The position numbers and the translations under genes were made by a program. From NCBI GenBank assembly GCA_030167145.1, contig CP126532.1, positions 2,880,001-2,912,000 of the forward strand: a stretch of DNA of 32,000 nt, read 5' to 3'. This DNA comes from Ktedonobacterales bacterium (GTDB lineage Bacteria; Chloroflexota; Ktedonobacteria; Ktedonobacterales; JADMIN01). Shown here in pieces: positions 24,641 through 32,000 of this stretch (its first letter is position 1; each line of letters opens with the position of its first letter). Below the pieces are notes generated by a model. That model searched no databases, was not told the origin of the DNA, and saw only the letters and a program-made list of their open reading frames with translations.

Positions 24641-25288
24641 TTCGATCAGGCTTTTGTTTGTCATTAGGTCGGCATAGCATCCACCCCCCCTTCCACTCAG
24701 TTTGCCGCTCTGGCGTCCGAGATGGCTCTCGCGCCACGTGCCGTCCGCCTCCCGATCCCTGCTATCGGTGATAGTGGGTTCACACACATGCACCCGCTAT
24801 CTGGTCGGTGAGTGCGCCGCCGAGCCGGGAAACGTCCGCTCATTCGCAGCACCGCCTGTCCGCAAGTGCAGACAGCAGCATAAAAGGAAAAATGCTAGTA
24901 CATATATAGCACTATTCACTGCGTTCATGTCAAGAGCGAGAAGTGTTCCACCGCATCATCACACTATATAAGAGGATATATCTGGTCAAGTTTCGTTGTA
25001 ACAATCGAATTGCGCAACCCAAACGTATTGTCATATACGCGATACATACTGAGATATGATACTATCATCCAGGCGAGGACGCGCGGACACGAACGAGCTG
25101 GATTTTTGGCATACTGAGGCACGGAGCAGGCCGTTGCCGCAGCGCTACTGGCTTCGCAATGTGAGTTCGATGCAGGCACTGAGCGCGTATGTAGAGGCAG
25201 GCGAGTTTCGCGCCAGATGACTGGTTGCGGGCGCTGGGATGCAAAGCGTTACGATTGTCACACCTGCACAGCGCGCCGACGTGGATGC

Positions 25289-25615
25289 TCAACCAGCAGT
25301 GAGCCGCGCGCGTGTGACACATAACGCCGCGCGCTCATCCGCACTCAGGAACGGCAGACGGTCATCAGTGATCTCTACAATATCCAGCAGCCAGATGATG
25401 ATATCGGCGGCGTGCTCGATCGCGCGCCAATGTCCAACTTCTAGATGCGCTCGCTGGGCATAGGCGTTGGTCAGCGCGCGCGTAAAGGTATCTAGCCAGA
25501 TGAGCGTATATGCAGGATCGCCACGTTTTAGGTGGAGGAGACTCAGTTCGACTTCGCGCGCCAACTCGTCTGGCACATTCTCGACGAACGTGATGATCTC
25601 CGCGGGTGCTCTCAT
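25289..25615 (-). CDS. hypothetical protein (108 aa), no recognisable family
   Basis: AGGAG lies 6 nt upstream of ATG 25615. Balanced helical-looking composition (LAREVELSLLHLKRGDPAYTLIWLDTFTRALTNAYAQRAHL). Intermediate GC. Confidence 0.5.
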   Translation of the reverse strand: MRAPAEIITFVENVPDELAREVELSLLHLKRGDPAYTLIWLDTFTRALTNAYAQRAHLEVGHWRAIEHAADIIIWLLDIVEITDDRLPFLSADERAALCVTRARLTAG

Positions 25616-25887
25616 ACATTGCTCCTATCCCCCAACCCGCCGACTGGCATCAGGGTTCGCCCGTGTCTGAGTGGCGCATAGTGGCGCGTGCCCACTTCGT
25701 ATGTTGGCCTAACGTCATGTGATGATGAATTGTCACTTTCACTGCTAACTCTGCACAATCCCTTGCGTCGCTATCATATCACATGGAGAATGTCAATACA
25801 TATACCGAATACTCGTACTTGTGCGCGCACTTTCTTGCACCAGGTGGCGGCCCTCTGGCATCGCCACCGACCCGCCAGGTAGCGATA

Positions 25888-25932
25888 TGTCGCGGCTCTC
25901 TGTCGCGGCTCTCTGTCGCGGCTCTCTGTCGC
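25888..25932. repeat. perfect tandem repeat, 3.5 x 13 bp (TGTCGCGGCTCTC)
   Basis: Read directly. Lies in the 650-bp AT-rich spacer between the divergent 108-aa and HTH genes. Confidence 0.95.
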
Positions 25933-26150
25933 CGTCAGACCAGAGATTGCCGCCGTGCTGTGTGCTGGTTGGCCACATAATACCAGAAAATGCATGATAA
26001 AATACCGGGACCGTAGCTCTTTGGCGTCGAATGGCAGTGGGGCGACAATGACGCAACATTCGCTGATTTCAAGGGGTGTTTCCGCATCTTAGCGCACGAC
26101 CGCGCCTAGAGATGATAGGATATATTTCCTAATTGCGTCGTGGAATGGTC

Positions 26151-26198
26151 TTGACAATACTAGGACAATCAGGTATGCTTGGCAAAGCACGTTGCCAA
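26151..26198 (+). promoter_or_regulatory. sigma-70 promoter TTGACA-17-TATGCT with overlapping 20-bp palindromic operator TTGGCAA-N6-TTGCCAA
   Basis: Consensus -35 at 26151-26156 and -10 at 26174-26179. A perfect 7-bp inverted repeat (26179-26185 and 26192-26198) spans the -10 edge and the predicted TSS. It lies about 90 nt upstream of ATG 26268. Confidence 0.5.
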
Positions 26199-26267
26199 TT
26201 TGTGGAACAATTTTTCTATGGAACGTACCCTTATTGTGTACTGCTATTGTGGAAGGGATGATGCGAT

Positions 26268-26741
26268 ATGGTCTCGCCTACTAGCGGACGCCGTGGCGGC
26301 GGTAAGACCTATACGCTCAAAGAAGCCGGGCAGCATCTTGGCATAGATCAGAAAACGCTGCGCCGCAAAATGGATCTGCTCGGTCTCTCGCCAAAGCCTA
26401 GTGATGAAGATAAACGCGCCCTATTGCTCACATTGGACCAGGTGGATCTCCTGGCCAGTCATTTGCGTCGCATGCCAAGCGGGAACGTGTCCGCATTGCA
26501 AGAGATGGCGCTTCAGATCGTGATGGATCGCGAACGCGAGTGGCGGATGCGCAGCGAAGATCTGCAGCGCCATGAGCGCGATTTAATGGCCGAAATCGAG
26601 CAATTGCGGCGCGAGGTGCAGGCATTGCGAGCTGTGCGTAAGCCGTCTACCACGTCCGCTGAGATCGCTGTTGAGAAACACGCGCCCACGCAGGCCAAGG
26701 GCGACGTTGCCCATGCCTCGGATATGCCAGGTGAGAATTGA
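26268..26741 (+). CDS. helix-turn-helix DNA-binding protein with C-terminal coiled coil (157 aa)
   Basis: YTLKEAGQHLGIDQKTLRRKMDLLGL is an excisionase/MerR-like HTH pattern. A heptad-like segment follows (DLQRHERDLMAEIEQLRREVQALRAV). Confidence 0.65.
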   Translation: MVSPTSGRRGGGKTYTLKEAGQHLGIDQKTLRRKMDLLGLSPKPSDEDKRALLLTLDQVDLLASHLRRMPSGNVSALQEMALQIVMDREREWRMRSEDLQRHERDLMAEIEQLRREVQALRAVRKPSTTSAEIAVEKHAPTQAKGDVAHASDMPGEN

Positions 26742-26860
26742 CGCGACGGCGGATCGGCGCATAGACTGCTGACATTGGCCGCCAGAAGTCAGCCTCGTCG
26801 CTACGCAGCGCGTCTATGGGGACAGGCCATGGCGAGCCAGCAGGGGCAGGATCATAGCAT

Positions 26861-27790
26861 ATGGCGCCACCCGACACCTTTGATACCCGCACGCTGCGCG
26901 CGTTGCGCTCCGCCGACGCGCCATCGGTGCGGCGTATCCTCGATACCTCCGAATATACGCATGTGCGCTTCAATCCTGAAGAAGTGCCCACCTTGCTCGG
27001 CACGCTGCCCGCCTTTGGGGTGGCCAGCGCGCCGTCTGGGCGGCTGGCGCGCGTGACCACAGGTTCGCTGCGCGCGTTTCTCCTATTGAACTGGCTGGTG
27101 GCTCCGTCGGCCTGGATCGGCGGTTTCGGCGTTACATGGAGCGAAGGCGCGCGCTACGCTGAGTATCTGCGCGCGCTGCTGCCGCCGCTGGCGCGCGCCG
27201 CTGCCGCACGTGGAGCGACCCATCTGTATTATTCAGGTGGGAATGCGGAAAGCGATTGGCTGCGCGCCCCGCTTGAGGCGTGTGGATTCGGGCTGGTGAC
27301 GCTGCTGCGCTCCTATGATAAGGACGACACGGCGCTGCCCAACACGACTGGCGCGAACGAGCGGGTGCGCGTGCGCCCATTTACTCCTGCCGATATAGAA
27401 GGTGTGCTGGCGGTGGAGCAGCAGTGCTTCGACCAGCTCTGGCGTCACGATGCCGCTAGTTTTCTCGATGTCGCGGCGTCGTATCCGTACTTTGTGGTGG
27501 CGGAAGATGACCAGGGCATCGCCGGTTATCAATTCAACACGCTGGATGCGACGACGGGCTATCTGGTGCGCATCGCCGTCCACCCGCGCGCGGCGGGCCA
27601 GGGCATCGGCGCGCGGCTGATGACGGAGGCGATTGCCTACTTTCGTCAGGAGCGGGTCTGGCGCATCCTGCTGAATACCGAGGAGCGCAACACCCGCGCG
27701 CGGGCGCTCTACGAACGCTTCGGCTTTCATCTCGTCGAGCCGCGCGGCTTTGTGCTGGGCGGTGCTATTGCACAGCTTGCTGCGCTGTAG
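26861..27790 (+). CDS. GNAT family N-acetyltransferase (two-domain, RimI-like C-terminal half)
   Basis: Acetyl-CoA motif A is RIAVHPRAAGQGIGARLMTEAI, followed by NTRARALYERFGF. Confidence 0.8.
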   Translation: MAPPDTFDTRTLRALRSADAPSVRRILDTSEYTHVRFNPEEVPTLLGTLPAFGVASAPSGRLARVTTGSLRAFLLLNWLVAPSAWIGGFGVTWSEGARYAEYLRALLPPLARAAAARGATHLYYSGGNAESDWLRAPLEACGFGLVTLLRSYDKDDTALPNTTGANERVRVRPFTPADIEGVLAVEQQCFDQLWRHDAASFLDVAASYPYFVVAEDDQGIAGYQFNTLDATTGYLVRIAVHPRAAGQGIGARLMTEAIAYFRQERVWRILLNTEERNTRARALYERFGFHLVEPRGFVLGGAIAQLAAL

Positions 27791-27945
27791 ACGTTGAGAT
27801 TTTTGGCATGCGGGATGCTTGGGCCAAATTGTCCGTTGCCGGGTGTGGATTTTCGTGATACCATAGAAGCTCACACCTCATTTTCTCGGACCATTCTCTA
27901 CCGTTCGTGTATCGTGGACGGAATCCTCTCACTCGTAACTCTCCA

Positions 27946-27967
27946 GTAGTGCGGAAGTAGTGCGGAA
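27946..27967. repeat. perfect tandem duplication 2 x 11 bp (GTAGTGCGGAA) upstream of dnaA
   Basis: Read directly. It ends 52 nt before GTG 28019. Confidence 0.9.
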
Positions 27968-28018
27968 CCGGCGGTGTAGGTGGTTGTCATTCGGGACGTG
28001 GCATAGGGGAGGCGGCTG

Positions 28019-29587
28019 GTGGAAGCCCAACAGGTTTGGCTGGCGGCGCTAGAGCGCGTGCGTCGCCGCATCTCACCGGGGGCGTATACAGCCTGGTTTA
28101 GCGGCACGCTGGGGCTTGCGCTTGAGCAGCGTATGCTTTCCGTCGCCGTACCCTCCACCTTTGCCAGCGAACACCTGCGTCAGCGCTTCGGCGAACTGGC
28201 GCGTATCGCTGTGAGCGAGGTGCTGGGCCTGAGCGCCGAGATTCGCTTCGTGGTGCGTGAGGTGACGGGTCCGAAGAACCAGACAACCAAGCAAACGTCA
28301 GCTAATGCCACCAGTGTCCGTAAACGTCGGGGCACGCGTGGCTCCAGCGTCACGCGTGTCGCGCTGGCCCGCCCGCCGCGCGTGGCTCCAGCGCCACTGC
28401 CGCCAGCGGCACAGATGCCGCTACTCTCGGCAGTCGAGCCGGTGGCGCCGGTGAAGTCGGTCTCGCACGTATCGTCCGCACCACCAGATGAGATGGTCGC
28501 CACACCTGATATGCTCGCGCGTGTACTGCCCGCATCACCCCAGCTCGCACGCGACGCTGTCCTCAGCAGGCCACGCGAGACCGCGACACGCTATCTCTTC
28601 GAGACATTCATCGTGGGCACGACGAACCGTCTGGCTTACGCGGCGGCGCAAGAAGTGGCGCAGAACCCCGGCGAACGTTACAATCCACTGCTGATTTACG
28701 GGGGTGTGGGTCTGGGCAAAACCCACCTACTGCATGCTATCGGCCATCTGACGCATCAGCGTGGCCTGAGCGTGGCCTATGTGACGGCGGAACAGTTTAC
28801 CAACGAGATTATTGAGGCGATCCGCCTGCGCGCGACCGATGCCTTCCGGGCACGCTACCGCGAGGTGGATGTGCTGCTGGTGGACGATATTCAGTTCATC
28901 GCGGGCAAAGAGTCTACGGAAGAAGAGTTCTTCCACACGTTCAACGCGCTGCACGAAGCCAACAAGCAGATTGTGCTGAGCAGCGACCGCGTGCCCCAGG
29001 CGATGCGCCAGTTGCATGATCGCCTACGTTCGCGCTTCGAGTGGGGTTTGATCGCCGATATTCAGCCGCCCGACTATGAGCACCGGCTGGCGATTCTGCG
29101 CGCGAAAGCGGCGACGCTGCCCACGCCACTGACCGATGAGACGCTGGCCAGCCTGGCGCGCCCCGAACACGAGAGCATCCGCGCGCTCGAAGGCGCGCTC
29201 ACTCGCGCGATGGCCTACGCGCGCATGCTGGAGCAGCCACTGACACCACGCCTGGTGGCCGACGCGCTGGCGCCACTGGCCGACAGCAGCAGCACGCGCC
29301 CGGTTGAGCCAGCGCAGGTGCTCGCGGCGGTCGCCGAACACTACCACTTCACCGTGGCGGAGCTTCAGAGTAAATCGCGCGAGCGCGCCATCGCCCGCGC
29401 CCGCCAGATCGCTATGTACCTGCTGCGCGAAGAGACCCCTACGTCGCTGGCGCAGATCGGCCAGCAGCTTGGTGGCCGCGACCACACCACCGTGATGCAT
29501 GGCTGCGCCCACATCGCGCAGGCGCTCGCCCAGGATGACACGCTGCGCCGCGAGATCGGCGCAATCCGCGCCGCCCTGCACGGCTAG
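28019..29587 (+). CDS. dnaA: chromosomal replication initiator protein DnaA
   Basis: GGGGAGG lies upstream of GTG 28019. Contains FETFIVGTTNRLAYAAA, Walker A GGVGLGKTHLL, Walker B LLVDDIQF, sensor/box VII SSDR, and the domain IV signature DHTTVMH. Confidence 0.95.
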   Translation: MEAQQVWLAALERVRRRISPGAYTAWFSGTLGLALEQRMLSVAVPSTFASEHLRQRFGELARIAVSEVLGLSAEIRFVVREVTGPKNQTTKQTSANATSVRKRRGTRGSSVTRVALARPPRVAPAPLPPAAQMPLLSAVEPVAPVKSVSHVSSAPPDEMVATPDMLARVLPASPQLARDAVLSRPRETATRYLFETFIVGTTNRLAYAAAQEVAQNPGERYNPLLIYGGVGLGKTHLLHAIGHLTHQRGLSVAYVTAEQFTNEIIEAIRLRATDAFRARYREVDVLLVDDIQFIAGKESTEEEFFHTFNALHEANKQIVLSSDRVPQAMRQLHDRLRSRFEWGLIADIQPPDYEHRLAILRAKAATLPTPLTDETLASLARPEHESIRALEGALTRAMAYARMLEQPLTPRLVADALAPLADSSSTRPVEPAQVLAAVAEHYHFTVAELQSKSRERAIARARQIAMYLLREETPTSLAQIGQQLGGRDHTTVMHGCAHIAQALAQDDTLRREIGAIRAALHG

Positions 29588-29693
29588 CCCACGCCGCTAG
29601 CCCGCCCCGCTGTCCGCGCGCATGATACACTGCATCGTAGAGGCGCCGATCTCCATCTACCGGAGCACCGGCCAGCAACCCAGGGGGCACACC

Positions 29694-30251
29694 ATGTCCG
29701 CCGTACCGAAGCAACATCTACTCACCGCCGAGCAATTCGCTGCGCTACCACGCGAGGGATTGAGGTTGGAGTTGATTCGAGGAGAGATGCTCGCCATGCC
29801 ACCAGCTTTTGGAGGTCACGGAAAAACGTCTATGCGTCTTGGCGTGGTGTTGGGCCAGTATGTCATAGCGCATTCACTCGGTGAGGTCTATGCCGCCGAA
29901 ACGGGCTTCTTAGTTGCCCGTAATCCCGATACCGTGCGCGCGCCTGATGTCGCATTCATCCAAACGAATCGTGTACCACCCAGGGAGATGGATAACGAAT
30001 GGGTTCCCGTGATCCCTGATTTGGTGGCGGAGGTGGTATCGAACGGCGACCGGAGCAAGGATGTGGCCGAGAAGGTGCAGATGTGGCTGGAAGTGGGCGT
30101 GCGGCTGGTGCTGGTCGCGCGCCCGCCAGAGCGCGTCATCGAGGTGCATCGCCCAAACGAGCCAGTGCTGACACTGCACGACGGTGACACGCTGGAAGGC
30201 TATGCTATTTTGCCCAGCTTTGCTGCTCCTGTCGCCAGCTTCTTCGGCTAG
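29694..30251 (+). CDS. Uma2 family (DUF820, PD-(D/E)xK) endonuclease
   Basis: Contains ELIRGEMLAMPP, APDVAFI and PDLVAEVVS...K motifs characteristic of Uma2. ATG 29694 is preceded by GGGGG. The ORF extends to 29622. Confidence 0.85.
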   Translation: MSAVPKQHLLTAEQFAALPREGLRLELIRGEMLAMPPAFGGHGKTSMRLGVVLGQYVIAHSLGEVYAAETGFLVARNPDTVRAPDVAFIQTNRVPPREMDNEWVPVIPDLVAEVVSNGDRSKDVAEKVQMWLEVGVRLVLVARPPERVIEVHRPNEPVLTLHDGDTLEGYAILPSFAAPVASFFG

Positions 30252-30377
30252 CTGGCCACCGCGAACATGTCCCCTCCTATGCCGCACCCATGCCTGTAGC
30301 CCTCGCTCGCGGCAGACCTCATGTGGCCACGCGCCCAACCTGGACGGTAACACGGGCGTACATATAGCACACTGCGG

Positions 30378-30406
30378 TTGACGGCATGCGCTATGGCATG
30401 TAAAAT
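30378..30406 (+). promoter_or_regulatory. candidate sigma-70 promoter TTGACG-17-TAAAAT
   Basis: Good match to both hexamers with a 17-nt spacer, about 90 nt upstream of ATG 30499. Confidence 0.45.
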
Positions 30407-30498
30407 GCTTCGTGTTGCGATATATATGGCGCGCGTGGCTTCGCGGACGGCGTGTATTGGCTGATACGGGCTGATGCGGAAGAAGGCGGAGGAGTACG

Positions 30499-31158
30499 AT
30501 GGCATCCCAGCGCACCGACCACCCATCCAAACGAGACGCCGGGGCAGTCGCCGCGCCACACCGCCGCTACTCCCTGACCCGCGACGTGGTTCGCGGCGCG
30601 GTCTGGGGCGACTTCGCCCTTGACAAAAAACTGCCCGGCACGCTGACGCAGATCATCCTCGGCTATGTGCCCGTGCTTGGCACGCTTGGCGCGTTGCGCG
30701 ATGCCTTCGCCGACTGGCGCACCCGCGATCCGCTGGGTGTGGCGCTGAACCTGCTCGCCGTCTTTCCCATCGCGGGTGGCATCCCCAAGACCATCGAGGT
30801 GCTGCATAGCGCGCACCGGCTACACCACTCGCTTACCCATCCGCAGCCACAATCGGTTCCCGCCACGCACTGGGGCGACCGGGCAATAGGCTGCGTGCTC
30901 TCGCTGATTTTGCCAGTGGCGGGGCTGCTCTACGGGCTGGGTGTGCAGCGGATGACGGCGGCGCTGCGCGCGAACGACGGCGCCATTGCCGCGTTTACGC
31001 TGCCAGGAAACGTTCTGCCGTGGGCGCCATGGATCTTGCTTGTCATCGGATTCTTCCTCGGCGTGGTTCTCAGTGTGCGCTCGCACTCCTGGCTGGGCCT
31101 CTTCTTCCTGCCGGCGGCGCTTGTGTTGGGATTCACGCTGCTCGCGGCAGTGGCCTAG
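30499..31158 (+). CDS. membrane protein, unknown function (219 aa)
   Basis: GGAGGAG lies upstream of the ATG. A soluble basic N-terminus is followed by about 4-5 hydrophobic spans. The segment GYVPVLGTLGALRDAFADWRTRD vaguely recalls pre-toxin TG-type motifs; that is not a supported call. Confidence 0.55.
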   Translation: MASQRTDHPSKRDAGAVAAPHRRYSLTRDVVRGAVWGDFALDKKLPGTLTQIILGYVPVLGTLGALRDAFADWRTRDPLGVALNLLAVFPIAGGIPKTIEVLHSAHRLHHSLTHPQPQSVPATHWGDRAIGCVLSLILPVAGLLYGLGVQRMTAALRANDGAIAAFTLPGNVLPWAPWILLVIGFFLGVVLSVRSHSWLGLFFLPAALVLGFTLLAAVA

Positions 31159-31705
31159 CGCTAGCATGTGGGCATGAGACGTATCCACAAGGCGTATCGG
31201 GAAGGAATGTCGCGGGGCGAGTGTGTTTCCACCGCATGCGGGCTTGCAGTATTTCCAACCGATGGGTGCGAACGAGGGCATAGATTGTGCAAGCATTTGG
31301 CCGCGATAGTTCTTCCTTCTCGTGGGGCTATTTTCGTATACGAGGCGTGTGCTCCTCTCCCTGGATTTTTGGCGTGCGTTCCGTTCCCCTTGTTCCGTTC
31401 CTTCATCCTATCTATACGGCAGAGAGTGCGTTTTCGTAGATTGCTCGCTGGAGCCTGCCGCTGGCGCTGGTATGGCGCGAAAGCCAGATGGCAAGCCAGA
31501 GAACACGCCTGTTCTTATCGCGGCATTCCCGTGTCATCATGTCGTGGGCCGAACCTCCTGTTTGCGCGACGTAGCCTTCTCGAGAGCATACATGAGACGC
31601 CTGGACGGCGTTCGCTAGAGATAGCGGGCAAACATCGCAGGGCGTCTGCTCGGCTGTGCCGCGTCAGGATGCGATAGGGCGCGCTTCCACTCGCACCTGG
31701 CAGCA

Positions 31706-31730
31706 CCCGAAGGGAGCGTTCGGGGTTTTT
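31706..31730 (+). terminator. intrinsic-terminator-like hairpin CCCGAA-gggagcg-TTCGGG + G + TTTTT
   Basis: A 6-bp GC-rich stem is followed by a T5 run, 38 nt upstream of the response regulator ATG. A second hairpin, GGGGGA-aggc-TCCCCC, follows immediately. Confidence 0.45.
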
Positions 31731-31768
31731 GGTGGGGGAAGGCTCCCCCGCGCGAAGGGAAACCGTTG

Positions 31769-32000
31769 ATGGCGATTCGCGTGCTGATTGTGGACGACCA
31801 TAGCGTGGTGCGTGAAGGGCTGCGCATGTTCATTGCCCGCGACCCGGACCTGGAGGTGGTGGGGGAGGCGGCGGGCGGGGCCGAAGCAATTCAGCAAGCC
31901 AGACTCTTGCGGCCCAATGTGGTGGTCATGGATCTGCTCATGCCCGCCCCAGATGGGATAGCCGCGACCCGGACGATTCGTAGCGAGTTGCCGGAGACCG
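31769..32000 (+). CDS. NarL/FixJ-type response regulator, N-terminal receiver domain (3' end outside window)
   Basis: My own translation: MAIRVLIVDDHSVVREGLRMFIARDPDLEVVGEAAGGAEAIQQARLLRPNVVVMDLLMPAPDGIAATRTIR. The acidic pocket DD and the phospho-acceptor D in VVMDLLMP are present. The ORF is absent from the supplied track because it has no stop within the window. Confidence 0.85.
   Translation, partial: MAIRVLIVDDHSVVREGLRMFIARDPDLEVVGEAAGGAEAIQQARLLRPNVVVMDLLMPAPDGIAATRTIRSELPET

Noticed and set aside
25056-25325. Sub-threshold ORFs I translated by hand: a 54-aa ORF (MILSSRRGRADTNELDFWH...) and a 36-aa Cys-rich ORF (MTGCGRWDAKRYDCHTCTARRRGC...)
   Set aside because: They have weak or no SD. 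The Arg/Cys-rich composition is typical of off-frame GC-rich DNA, and the second overlaps the 3' end of the 108-aa gene.
27804-27819. Sigma-54-like TGGCAT-N5-ATGCT upstream of dnaA
   Set aside because: The GG/GC spacing fits, but it is a single degenerate match. There is no enhancer-binding protein in the window, and I do not know whether the lineage has rpoN.
25960-28018. oriC in the AT-rich 25960-26267 spacer or the dnaA upstream spacer
   Set aside because: Only 2-3-mismatch DnaA-box look-alikes are present (TGTGGAACA, TGTGGAAGG, TGTGGATTT). There is no cluster of consensus TTATCCACA. The best single match, TTATCCACC at 10659-10667, is isolated and far from dnaA.
25101-31373. GATTTTTGGC 10-mer occurring three times (25101, 27798, 31364)
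   Set aside because: A back-of-envelope estimate assuming uniform base composition gives tens of triple 10-mer coincidences expected in 64 kb of two-strand sequence. The flanks do not align beyond the 10-11 nt.
31168-31677. 169-aa plus-strand ORF between the membrane protein and the response regulator
   Set aside because: It is Cys/Arg/Gly-rich with no SD and no recognisable fold features. I treat it as a non-coding leader (see finding).
1-32000. tRNA, rRNA, tmRNA, integrase or transposase genes that could mark island boundaries
   Set aside because: A by-eye scan for T-loop-like GGTTCGA(A/T)TCC motifs and for recombinase motifs found nothing. An eye scan can miss tRNAs, so tRNAscan-SE or Aragorn should confirm.

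Overview
High-GC bacterial chromosomal window (about two-thirds G+C by eye). It contains dnaA at 28019-29587, so it is probably origin-proximal. Most of it is ordinary single genes or short operons on both strands: nitronate monooxygenase, SAM methyltransferase, DUF1028 protein, alpha/beta hydrolase, TRAM-domain RNA methyltransferase, an ECF sigma/anti-sigma/membrane-protein operon, CDF and MFS transporters, folD, a HAD hydrolase, a zinc-ribbon/FHA protein, an FAD oxidoreductase, a GNAT, dnaA, a Uma2 endonuclease, and the start of a NarL-type response regulator. No tRNA, rRNA, CRISPR array, transposase or integrase was seen. Five things stand out. (1) A low-GC mosaic island at about 22.7-26.3 kb carries a TPR-like protein bracketed, on the same strand, by two paralogous small secreted peptides that end in Cys-x6-Cys-stop. 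A third family member lies at 1038-1214. Related 16-bp palindromes sit upstream of both island peptide genes, giving an RRNPP/arbitrium-like layout in a high-GC host. (2) One protein fuses a TIR domain, a Pro-rich linker, a single TM span and a four-blade PQQ propeller (5030-6346), and sits next to a RelE/ParE toxin-antitoxin pair. (3) Four perfect intergenic tandem repeats have 10-, 11-, 13- and 11-bp units. (4) A 26-nt REP-like element occurs at two intergenic loci. (5) A roughly 600-bp non-coding leader ends in a terminator-like hairpin just before the response regulator. All functional calls come from motif recognition by eye; no database search was possible.
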